Below the pieces are notes generated by a model, which saw only the letters and a list, made by a program, of their open reading frames with translations, searched no databases and was not told the DNA's origin. Positions 13,092 to 22,810 of a stretch of DNA of 64,000 nucleotides are shown one piece after another. This DNA comes from Felis catus (Eukaryota), in contig NC_058374.1 in the NCBI RefSeq assembly GCF_018350175.1, forward strand, positions 141,856,001-141,920,000, written 5' to 3'. Each line of letters starts with the position of its first letter. Position 1 is the stretch's first letter. Both the position numbers and the translations under genes were made by a program.

Positions 13092-16000
13092 GGGCCAAGA
13101 AGAGGGGTTGCGTGTGCTCTGGGGTGGTGTCATCCCAGAGGGAAAGACCCAGAGGCGGTACACACACGCCCTGCTGGTCAGCCTCTCGGAAATCCTGACC
13201 GTTTCCCTGCGACGGGGCAGGCAGGGCCTCACGGGCTTCCGGAGATGGGGCGGCGGTGGCCCGAGCCTGCGGGCGGGGCGGGCAGGAGCAGCACGGCGAT
13301 GGGCCGGGGGGCCGCACGCAGGCCGGCGTGCAGGGACTGAAGACGGTCAGAGCTGGGTGACGACGGCCGTTCCTGTGGCTGCATGCGGCGTGGGGACGGA
13401 GGACGAGGAGAGAACCACAATGATAAGACGCGCTCATTTGATTGGAGAGGCCACTCTAGCAGCCGCGTGGGCGGGACTCGTGCCGGAGGGTTTCGAGGGG
13501 ACGGTGGGCTTCTCTGTGCACGCGCTCGTCTCTGCGTCTCTGGTAGGCTGCTCCTTTCCGCGTCCTCACCGTCTGCTTCTGGTCACAGGTGGAGTACCTG
13601 TACTCGCTGGTCTACCAGGCTCTCGATTTCATCTCTGGCAAGAAGTGAGTACTGGTGGTCTGAGCCAGCAGGTGGAGGCCTGAGCGTCTGCCCTGCCTGC
13701 AGCCTCCCAGACACCCATGCACTGATTCTCCCTCAGGCGGGCCAAGCAGCTGTCCTCAGCGCGGGAACAGGGGGCGGATGGGGACACCAGTTCCGAGGCC
13801 CCCCAGGAGGCGGACGACCAGGTGAGATCTATCGGGTGCGTGGCCGCTGCCTGCTGTGCGCTTGCCAGGCGCTGCTCCTGAGCTGTGTCTCCCCACAGTT
13901 CCTGTCGCTAGATGACCTCCCTGACTCCCGTGCTAATGTGGATCTGAGGAACGACCTGCCTCCCCGTGTGAGTCCCCCTCCCTCTGTGGGGCTGCCTTTA
14001 GCTGATGGGGGTGTTGGAAGGTGTCCTCCCATACGGTTTCCCACATGGAGCCCGTGGGGCCTGTGGCTCACCCACTCTTGGCCTCCACGCAGGAGATCCT
14101 CATCGTCCCTCTCCTGCCCATGGCCCTTGTGGCCCCTGATGAGATGGAGAAGAACGTTAGCCCCCTGTACAGGTACTGTCCTCAGCTTGGCTGAGGGGAA
14201 TCAGATAAGGGGAGAGGGCTGCTTGGGAAGGGTCTCTGCAGTGGCTGTGTTTCTGCCAGCACAGCTGTCAGGGGGAGGTCCTGGCCAGCCGGAAGGATTT
14301 TAGGATGAACACATGCACCGCCCACCCCAGAGGAGCCTTCATGTTGGAGCCGGTGGGCATATCCCCAACGGAGACATTGCTGCCAAGGAACCAGAAGGGT
14401 GAGGGCTTGGATGTGGGGGCTGGGTGGGAAGGAAGGGACTTCTGGGCTGGACCCCTTGTCAGGTCCCCTGTGCCTGCCAGCTCTGGTCCTGCCTCCCTCC
14501 CCGGGTACCTGCTGTGAGGATAGGTCTGCCAGGCCACATCCCCTCTGCCCCCTCTTTGCCCATAGCTGGCTCGGCCCCGGGGTGCCCGAGTCCTGTGACG
14601 GGTCTCTGCTCTCCTTCCCCTGCCCTGGCTCTGCTGGGCCCCTGGGAGGGGCCTCCTGGAGGGAGGGGCTGGGCTGACCCTGTCCAGTCCCCCATCTTTC
14701 GCAGAGGCTGAGGGGGCTGAGGAGCAGCCAATGGAAGTCTGTGTGTGCAGTTCCGTCCCTGCGCTCAGCGCCTCCCAGGAGCCAGGTGAGAAGAGAGCAC
14801 CACAGTGGACTTGCGGGGTTGGGGTGGGGAGATGGGGCTCTGCATGGGGCCATGCTCCGCCGCCCCAGGGGTGAGGTGTGGGGAGCAACGAAGCCTGGCT
14901 TCTTTGCACCTGGACCTAGGCCTCCCTCCCCACCTTGGCCTCACTGCGCTGTCTTGGTCTCGGTGACTGCCCTCTGGCCGTTCTCGGGCCTGTGAGGTTT
15001 GGACCTCGCCCTGGGCACACATGGACGGCAGCCTTTCAGGAGGAAAATTGGTAAAACGAGCCAAATGAAACCGTGGCGTGGCGAGAGGCGTGGTCATGCC
15101 ACTCCGGGTCTAATGAGTGGGGCTGAGTGAGGGAATCGGCCTTGCAGGCTCTCCGGGGTGTTGGCCAAGGCCAGCCTCCCATCTGCTGTCTGGCCTTGGG
15201 CTTCTCGGGGCTGACTGGTCTCTCGCTCCCCTGCCCAGGTACCTCTCCGGAAGGCCCGCTGCCTGGAGGTGGTGAGGAGGATGAGGACGCAGATGCGGCA
15301 GTGGAGCTCCCTGAGCCCATGGCCCCCGACGTCCCTCCAGAGCCCCAGGAGCCCAGGAGCCCGCAGCAGGTGGGGGCCCTGCGAGGCCTGCGAAGGCCCC
15401 ACACTCCGGTGGGATAGGTGGGCCCGGGGGCTTTGCCTCTGGTCCTTGCACCCAGCCCTTTCGGGTGGTGCCTTCTACATCTTTCCTCTTTCCGATCAGA
15501 ATAGCTGCTGCTCCTTAGAGAGGTGGCCTAGGGTTCAAGGGTCTGAGCCCTGTGGTCATGCTACCACCTAGGATGGCAGCTGGTCTCCCAGGCTGACTCC
15601 CGAGATCAGGCTGGTGGGAGGGGATGGGCTTTGGAGGCTGTCGCTGCCCCTTCCACCCCCGAGGGTTGGCTTTGTGTTCCTGCCTGGAGCTCCAAAATCT
15701 TTTTATTAGAACAAAAATCCTGATACATACAGGAAAAACGTTAATATTTGTTAATTTTGATTGGTACATACATGGATGTTTATTGCAGTCTTTTTTTTCT
15801 TTCTTGGTATTTTTTAAGGGAAAAAAACAGTACCCCATTTTACTAGTTTACTAGTTTGTGTGTTCTAAAATTTTTCCTAGAGTGTTTGTTTTCCTTAAGA
15901 GGGTCCTTCTGCAGGGTTCTTGGTGTCCGACCCTAGAGCAGACTACTGGGGTGCCCCAGCCTTGGGTGGAGGAGGGGAGAGGCATCCCTGGGGCTGTTTC

Positions 16001-18249
16001 TTTGCAGAGTGCTGCCCAGCCCAGCAGGTGTGTGCTGCGGGAGCGACGGGAGCCTATGTCCCTGCTGAAGGTGAGGGTTAGTGGGGCTCAGACCCTCCCC
16101 GGCAAGGAGGATGTGCTTTGGGGCTCTGCTGCCCGCCCCTCACTCCTGCTAGCTTTCAGAGCTCCGGATGCCTGGGCTCCTAGCTGGAGGCCCTTTGTGC
16201 TGGCTCTCTTTTGCAAGGAATCTTCCTTGCCCCAGGAAACGAATCCCCTCTTCTGCTGCTCTGGGGAACCTCTCTCTCTGGTGGGTCACCCTTGGGTCCT
16301 GGATTGAATGTGGCCAGCCCTTCTCTGTGTCTGGACTTCTGGGGGGAAGATGTACATCCCCTGCTCCCACCCCAGGGTCTGCTTATGCTCTTTGCTCAGG
16401 AGACCCCCGACCCCTGGCAGAGCCTGGACCCCTTTGACTCCCTGGACGCCAAGCCCTTCAAGAAAGGTAATTGGGTGGAGGGACACCTTCACTCGGGCAC
16501 CTGTGGCTGGGTTCTCCGGAGCACTAGTGGTAGATGAGGGTGGGGGCTGTGCTGCCTAGTGCGGTCTGCACTTGCTCCTCGGGCTTGTGGGTGCCATCAT
16601 CCGCCCCAGGGCCTTTAGTTGTGCGCTAAGACGTAGCCATTTGCCCCCAGGTAGGCCCTACTCTGTGCCCCCCTGTGTGGAGGAGGTTCCAGGACAGAAG
16701 CGCAAGAGGAAGGGTGTTGCCAAGCTGCAGGACTTCCACCAGTGGTACCTGGCTGCTTGTGAGTGGGTGTGGTGGGGCCGGGCCAGGGCAGGAGGGTCCG
16801 CGTGCAGCTCACGGGGACTTGGCTCGGTTCCTACTGACCAAATTCTCTCGAAGATGCCGAGCACGCTGACAGCAGGAGGCCCCGGCGAAAGGGCCCGTCC
16901 TTTGCAGGTGAGGTCAGGGTCATGTGCACACTCTGCTGAGGGCCTGCCTCCCCTCGGCCTGGGGGCACCCAAGGCTCTAGGTGGACTGGGGAGGGGGGCT
17001 GGGCAGGGCGTGGGAGCCCCTCTTACAAGGGCTTTGTGTGTAGACATGGAAGTCCTGTACTGGAAGCACGTGAAGGAGCAGCTGGAGACCCTCCGGAAGC
17101 TGCAGAGGAGGGAGGCAAGTACTGGCCACTGTCTGGAGCCCGCGTGGTGCCAGGTGGGAGAGAGCAGTGTGCCTCATAGATGCTGTCTGCACACAGATGG
17201 CGGAGCGGTGGCTGCCGAGGCCTGAGGAGGGGCTGTGGCCTGTGGAAGAGGACCGCCTGGAGGATTCCCTGGAGGATCTGGGGGCGGCAGGTGGGAGCCT
17301 ACTGGGATGGGCCGGGGTGGGGGCTCAGCATCCGCTGCCAGCCAGCCTGCCTCCTCCTGGGCTTCTCTGTCTGCCAACAGATGACTTTCTAGAGCCTGAG
17401 GAGTATGCAGAGCCTCAGGAGGCAAGGCCTGGGGAAGCCGCAGACCTGGGTAGGTCTGAGAGTGAGCTGCTGGCCCGGGGGGGGGGGCCCTGGGGACAGT
17501 GGAGGGGGGAAGGGGTGTGGCCCGTGGCCACAGAAGCTCATAGCTGCCCCTTTCCCAGAAGCAGAGGCCGTGCCGGCATCCCTGAGCTATGAGGAGCTGG
17601 TCCGCAGGAATGTGGTAGGTCCCAGTCAGAGCAGGTGGGGGCGCCGGGTGCGGGGCTCCTGCACAGAAGGTGGCAGCTCCTGGTCCCGCCCTAGGAGCTC
17701 TTCATCGCCACATCTCAGAAGTTCGTGCAGGAGACGGAGCTGAGTGAGCGCATCAGGCACTGGGAGGACACCATCCAGCCGCTGCTCCAGGAGCAGGTGA
17801 GGGAGGGGTTGGGCCAAGCCCTGACTGACAGCTAGGGACTCCCCTGCCACCTGCCTGGGTTTTGCCCCGGGATCTTGCCCCTCTTTCTTGCAGGAACAGC
17901 ACGTGCCCTTTGACATCCACACCTATGGGGACCAGGTGGTCTCAAGGTTCAGCCAGCTCAACCAGTGGTGTCCCTTTGCGGAGCTGGTAGCTGGCCAACC
18001 TGCCTTCGAGGTGTGTCGCTCCATGTTGGCCTCCCTGCAGCTGGTGAGTGGCCTGGGGAGCCTGGGAGGGAAGCGGTCCCCGACTCTGCTGACACCTTAT
18101 CCCTGTAGGCCAACGACCACACAGTGGAGATCACCCAGCAGCCGGGGCTGGAGGCAGCTGTGGACACCATGTCCCTGAGACTACTCACCCACCAGCGGGC
18201 CCACAAGCGCTTCCAGACTTACGCTGCCCCCTCCATGGCCCAGCCTTGA
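5780..18249 (+). CDS. NCAPH2: Condensin-2 complex subunit H2 (kleisin-beta), 20 coding exons, 606 aa
   Basis: Exons: 5780-5887, 10920-11021, 13589-13644, 13737-13821, 13899-13967, 14093-14172, 14265-14398, 14705-14785, 15239-15369, 16008-16070, 16400-16466, 16651-16758, 16854-16907, 17044-17114, 17197-17290, 17381-17449, 17559-17614, 17695-17796, 17894-18043, 18109-18249. Total 1821 nt, phases consistent. N-terminus [36 protein letters not shown], internal [25 protein letters not shown]-terminus [15 protein letters not shown]. Intron 14 has a GC donor. Confidence 0.96.
6300..9650. mobile_element. Cluster of Can-SINEs (about 6660-6860, 7572-7715, 7720-7855, 8457-8615) interspersed with old L2-like fragments in NCAPH2 intron 1
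   Basis: SINEC motifs (tgagccacccaggtgcccc, gagatcatgacctga); L2-like ends such as cggcatatagtagg...aataagtgtttgttggatgaat. Confidence 0.7.
6947..7147 (-). mobile_element. Can-SINE (SINEC) with TSD
   Basis: Poly-T, (GA)n, tRNA-derived head; TSD AAGCATCTCA at 6937-6946 and 7148-7157. Confidence 0.88.
11225..11315 (+). mobile_element. MER20-like hAT DNA transposon fragment
   Basis: gctaaacatccagtggtatacaggagagcccc...caaagaacgatccagtccaaactgtcagtagt resembles the recalled MER20 consensus. Confidence 0.55.
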
Positions 18250-18354
18250 GTGGGGAGCCTTGACGCTGACGGGTGGGCTCTGGAGCTCCGTCCCCCGTGG
18301 GTGCTGGGCGTCGCGTCTGCTCACTCGACCCTTGTTTCCTGGCTGGCCCAGCCC

Positions 18355-18360
18355 AATAAA
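18355..18360 (+). terminator. NCAPH2 polyadenylation signal (AATAAA)
   Basis: aataaa about 105 nt after the NCAPH2 stop. Confidence 0.75.
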
Positions 18361-18492
18361 ATGGTGTTGCCATCCCACTTAGTCTTAAAAAACACTCCTG
18401 CGCTGTGCAGGCAGAGGGCTGCGCTTCCCTGCCGTGGCCTCCTGGGGCCACTGACGACGCAGACCACAGGCACACAGCTCCATCACACCCTC

Positions 18493-18498
18493 TTTAAT
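18493..18498 (-). terminator. SCO2 polyadenylation signal (ATTAAA)
   Basis: tttaat on +, immediately after the SCO2 stop. Confidence 0.65.
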
Positions 18499-18506
18499 GA
18501 CCTGGT

Positions 18507-19307
18507 TCAGTGCAGGACGCTGCGGAAGGCAGCCATGTGGCGCCTCACGCTGTCTGCGATCTGCTCTGCTGATCTGGCCCGGCTGTAGTAGTCCGTGAAG
18601 AGGCCGTCAGGGCTGAGCAGGTAGATGGCAATGGAGTGGTCCACGATGTAATCCTGGTCCTCGTCCTTGGGGCCCGCGCTGTAGTACACGCGGTAGCTGC
18701 GGCTCACTTGGGCCACCTGCTCAGCAGAACCGGTCAGGCCCAGCAACCGTGGGTGGAAGTCCTGAACGTAGCGGGCCATGGCTGCGACAGTGTCCCGCTC
18801 GGGGTCCACAGTAATGAAGACAGGCTGCACCGGGGGCAGGCCGGGCTCAGCCTCCAGCTTCCGTACCACCTGCACCAGCTTCTCCAGCTCGTCTGGGCAG
18901 ATGTCGGGGCAGTGAGTGAACCCAAAGTACATCAGCACCCACTGACCCCGGAAGTCGGCTTTGCAGCGAGCCTGTCCCTGGTGGTCCAGCAGGCTGAAGT
19001 CCCCCTGGCCCACAGCTGCCTGGCGCAGGGCCTCTGTCCGCTGTTGCTGCCGCCGCTGCTCCTTCTCGGCCCTGGCAGCCAGCCAAGCCCCACCCAGCCC
19101 AGCCCCAAACAAGGCGGTGATCAACAGCCTGGTTCCAAGCCCAGGGCCCTGGGGCCGGCTCTGCCTGCCTGTGTCTCCAGGGCCCTGCCTTGACAGGAGC
19201 CGACACCTCACATGTCCGGCCTTGCCTCCCGGGGTCCAAACGAGGGCTGGGGGCTTCAGATGAGAGAGCCTGTGCCAAGCCTTGGGTGCCAGAACCAGCA
19301 GCAGCAT
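18507..19307 (-). CDS. SCO2: Cytochrome c oxidase assembly copper chaperone SCO2, single coding exon, 266 aa
   Basis: MLLLVLAPK... with TM segment [34 protein letters not shown] (CxxxC), YIVDHSI (copper-binding His). AG acceptor at 19321-19322, 13 nt upstream of the ATG. Confidence 0.97.
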   Translation of the reverse strand: MLLLVLAPKAWHRLSHLKPPALVWTPGGKAGHVRCRLLSRQGPGDTGRQSRPQGPGLGTRLLITALFGAGLGGAWLAARAEKEQRRQQQRTEALRQAAVGQGDFSLLDHQGQARCKADFRGQWVLMYFGFTHCPDICPDELEKLVQVVRKLEAEPGLPPVQPVFITVDPERDTVAAMARYVQDFHPRLLGLTGSAEQVAQVSRSYRVYYSAGPKDEDQDYIVDHSIAIYLLSPDGLFTDYYSRARSAEQIADSVRRHMAAFRSVLH

Positions 19308-20299
19308 GGACCTGACGCGCCTAGGAAAGAGCACAGGTGTCAGGGGCCTGCGGTTGCCTCCGCCTCCTGGGTCAGCCCCCGTTGGCTCTGGGGAGACTTG
19401 CCACCATCTGAAGGACCAAGGCTGCACGGCAGCTCACAGCCGCTCACCTAGTGCTCAGGACTGCCTCGCCTATGAAAGGTGTTCTCAAATGCCCATGCTT
19501 GTCACTCCTGTCCTTTAGCTGGAGAGGCTCAGTCTGTCTCCTCCCACCCTGGTCCTGTGCCTGCAGCTCTACGGCCCGGGGAAGCACTCCACACCTCACC
19601 GGGTCAGCTGAGGGGAAGCATTCCGAGTGCATGCCTTGCCTGGGCTCCTGAGCACGTGTGTCGTTTTGCAATAAACCCATTTCTTGAAAGGAGGTGGCCG
19701 AGTCTCTGCCTTTAACCCCCAAAGATGGGCTCCTCCGGCCCTCCTGCGGCCTGCCAGCCTTTCACCACTCTAACTCTGTGTCCCCTCCCCCCGCGCTCAG
19801 CAGCAGCCCTGTGCACCCATGCCGGTCCGCCCACAAGGAGCCCGGGCAAGTACCCACCGACGCCGCTCCAGGCCGAGCTTTCCTGGTGCTCTCACCCCGA
19901 GAGGAATGAGGTTTCCACTGGTCACGAGCGTCCCCACCCCCCTTCACAGCCAGGATCCTGACACCAACTTCGGTGTCCGCCGTGTCCTTCTCACAGGAGC
20001 CCCTGGAAATTTGCTAAGTGGGGGCCTTAAGACTCCCCCTCACCTGTTCGTTCAGCTGCTGAGAAGACCCTCCCGAGGATTCCCAGACTTCAGGTCTCCG
20101 CCCACTTCCGGATGGTTCCTGGGGTTGCGCGCTGGGCTGGATGACCTTTGGCACGTCCCACGGCCTCTCCCCACCAGCTTCCTTCTTTACATACGCGCTC
20201 TAAGCAGTGCACGCGATGTGCCTGGCAAGCGAAGGTAGCCTGTGGCCTTCCTGGGCCCCTTTCTTCTGGGAGCCCCACCTCCAGGGCGCCCTCCCGGAC

Positions 20300-20760
20300 G
20301 CGCACCTGTAAGGTCAGAAAGCTGGACACCGAGCCACACACCGAGCACGACCCAGTCTCCTCGGAACCCAGCGTAAGTACCGCGACTCAGGGGACAGCCC
20401 CGCTCTGCCAGAGCTCGTCACCGCTGTAGACTCAACCACGCTGCACTAGCGGAGCCGACAGATTCCTGCGCCACCGGTGCGCTCAACGCCAGCGCGCACG
20501 CTCATGGGCATGGCGCACGCGCAGACAAGCGTGAACGTCCGCGCTCCCCAGTCCCTGCTTCTCTGCGCGCGTGCGCAAAAGGTGGCGGGCCCAGCGCAGA
20601 GTTGGGCGGGGCGTCTCCCTGGCCCCGCCCCTTCGCGCTCTGTCCCGCGGCGGCCCGGCTTCCCTCGGAGACACTTCCCCCACTTCTTCTCGGTCTCGCC
20701 GGCCTTCCTGCGGTTTCGCCGCGGCCGTCTGTTCCGCAGTGTGTCGATCGGCGCGCGCGG
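20300..20760 (-). promoter_or_regulatory. SCO2 CpG-island promoter / non-coding first exon region
   Basis: CpG-dense; NRF1-like GCGCACGCGCA (20513-20523) and TGCGCGCGTGCGCA (20564-20577); GC boxes at about 20605-20630. Exact exon 1 limits not determined. Confidence 0.7.
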
Positions 20761-21467
20761 GCGGCGGCGGGAAGAGGTCGGCAAAGGACGAGGAGGTGGC
20801 GAAGGGCGCGCGGTCCGAGGGCACGACGACCCCTGCAGGGCCAGCCTCCGGCCCACGCCGACCTACAGTTCAGCTTCCACCTCCCGCCGGAGTGGATGCC
20901 TCGCGTGGCTGCGCCCGGATGAGTTGTGCGGTGCCGGCCGGAGGCGGGGGGCCAGGGGTGAGAATCCGGGCTCGGGGAAGGAAAGGGGATGGGAACTCGG
21001 AGAAGGGAAGGGGCCTGGGTTGGTGGGGAGGGACGGAGGTCTCCCGGCGCCCACTGTCCATGGGCACGTGCAGCTCCTCCTCGGGGCGCGGGGGTCCGGG
21101 AGCATAGGCCTGGAGCCAGGCCCAGGTCCAGGCTCTGCTCCCGGGCATCCACTCGAACCGCCCCTGGGCCGGGCGGTCCTCCAGCTCCCAGGAGGCACAT
21201 GGGACCAGACCGCCAGAGTCATGCAGGGGAAGTTGAGCTCACGTTAGAAGACCTACCCCAAACAGGCCACAGCCACACTGGGATTCCCATAGGACACACG
21301 AACTCCAGCAGGCACAGGTGCTCCCCAGGACTCTTGCCAGCTGCTGGGTGTGACTAGGGAATGCTTCAAGTCCACCACCGGAGGGGATGGGCTGTCCACC
21401 ATCTTCTGACTGAGGATGGAGGGGGTGGTGACGCAGAGGGGTCTGGAGCTTTTTCGGAGATGTGGCG

Positions 21468-21984
21468 TGTGAGAAGTGAGGTGATTCATTTTCAGAAACA
21501 CCAAATAAAAGTTGTGCTGTCTACTTAAGAATAGGTTTATAACCTATTGGAAATATGTATGAACCTCCCCCCCCCCCCCCCCCCCCCCCCCCCCCGCCAG
21601 AGTCCCAAACCCTTAGGCACTTCACTTCCTGGTTCTTCCCCTCTCCTTTTGCGGCCTTATTTTCTTGGGCTTTGCAGTTAGCGTGCACCAAAGAACTGAA
21701 GTCTGCCTCACCTCAGGGAATGTACATTTGTTCCAACCAGACTACTTTGTGCCTTCCGTGGGCAGAGGCGACCTCTGGGGAAGGCTGTAACCTCTGTAGT
21801 ACTCACCAATGAAGAATAAGGGGAGGGACTTCACGCTAGGAGATAAATTGCCTGCCATAACCGCCCTGGGTGTGCCTGTCCCTTAGACACCGCTCTTGCA
21901 AGAACGTTGATTAGAGCCTGGCTTCACTGTGCTCTGAGCCTCCGTGTCCTTCCTTCGAGTGGGTCGGTGGGCTTATTTCTCACA
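21468..21984. mobile_element. Solo LTR of an endogenous retrovirus (probably ERV1 class) in TYMP intron 5
   Basis: 517 bp bounded by 8-bp inverted termini TGTGAGAA...TTCTCACA; flanks GGCG / GGGG look like a decayed 4-bp TSD; TATA-like GATAAAT near 21842; internal C29 tract. Confidence 0.75.
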
Positions 21985-22439
21985 GGGGTATACTGACTCT
22001 TGGGTCAGTCATGAGGGTTTAGGGACCCTGAGTGTTGAGGATCAAGTCCCCTGTTGTACCTGCAACGGGCTTGGTGGGTTGTGCATCAGTCAGGTCACCT
22101 TTCTGAGTTGGTGGTCAGGGATCTTGTGATGGTACGCTGACCCTGGGGTCTATTCAGATCACCAGTGATTGGGGGAAGCCCCATGGTCTCCTGATGAGAG
22201 GACCCTGACTGTGTGGGTCAGAGGTCAGGGGTTTTTAACATGCAGGAAGTAGACCTGGAGTCTGAGGTCAGGTTACCTGTGATGACTAGCAGGGTGTCAA
22301 TGGAGACTGACACTCACTCTGGCTTCATACAGGAGTCCGTCCACAGGAACCAGCTTCTTGCCCTGACCCATAGGACTGCGCCCACTCCCTCCAGCAGCCC
22401 TTACATCCGGCCAGACTACCCTGCATCAGGACTTCCAGG

Positions 22440-22810
22440 GACCCCCTTCACTGACCCTGATCAAGGATTCATCAGCAACCATGACAGGTGTCCAAGACCA
22501 TGACCAGAAACTTCTGAACAATTCTGGTAATTCCTCATTAATGACTGGTCTGACCCATCAGGTATAATGACCAATGTCCTGTGGCCCATTAAGGATTGAT
22601 CAGAGAGCCCAATGGTGATTGTTATCAAGTCCCTATTAATGACTCCAATCAAGGTTTCACTGATGATGTGACCAAAGTTCAATGACCATCAGTGACCCAT
22701 AAATAACTTTGATCAATATCCTCATTAGTGACCCTGATTAATGACCTATCAGTGATTCTTCAGAGATTCTGGCCAATATTACCATCAAGAACCTAGATCA
22801 ATGACCAGTG
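22440..22810. repeat. Degenerate TGACC/TGATC-rich low-complexity repeat in TYMP intron 4
   Basis: Recurrent atgacc, tgatca and ccatca motifs, AT-richer than the flanks. Confidence 0.65.

Noticed and set aside
19308-19427. 40-aa N-terminal extension of SCO2 in the ORF track
   Set aside because: Crosses the splice acceptor at 19321-19322 and is mostly intronic; the ATG at 19307 gives the expected 266 aa
20477-21247. Long overlapping ORFs (256, 232, 178 aa) between SCO2 and the LTR
   Set aside because: CpG-island stop scarcity; the minus-strand ones are out-of-frame mosaics of TYMP remnants
21219-21325. Possible TYMP exon 7 remnant
   Set aside because: Only vague similarity, and the space is too short for intron 6, exon 7 and intron 7; treated as deleted
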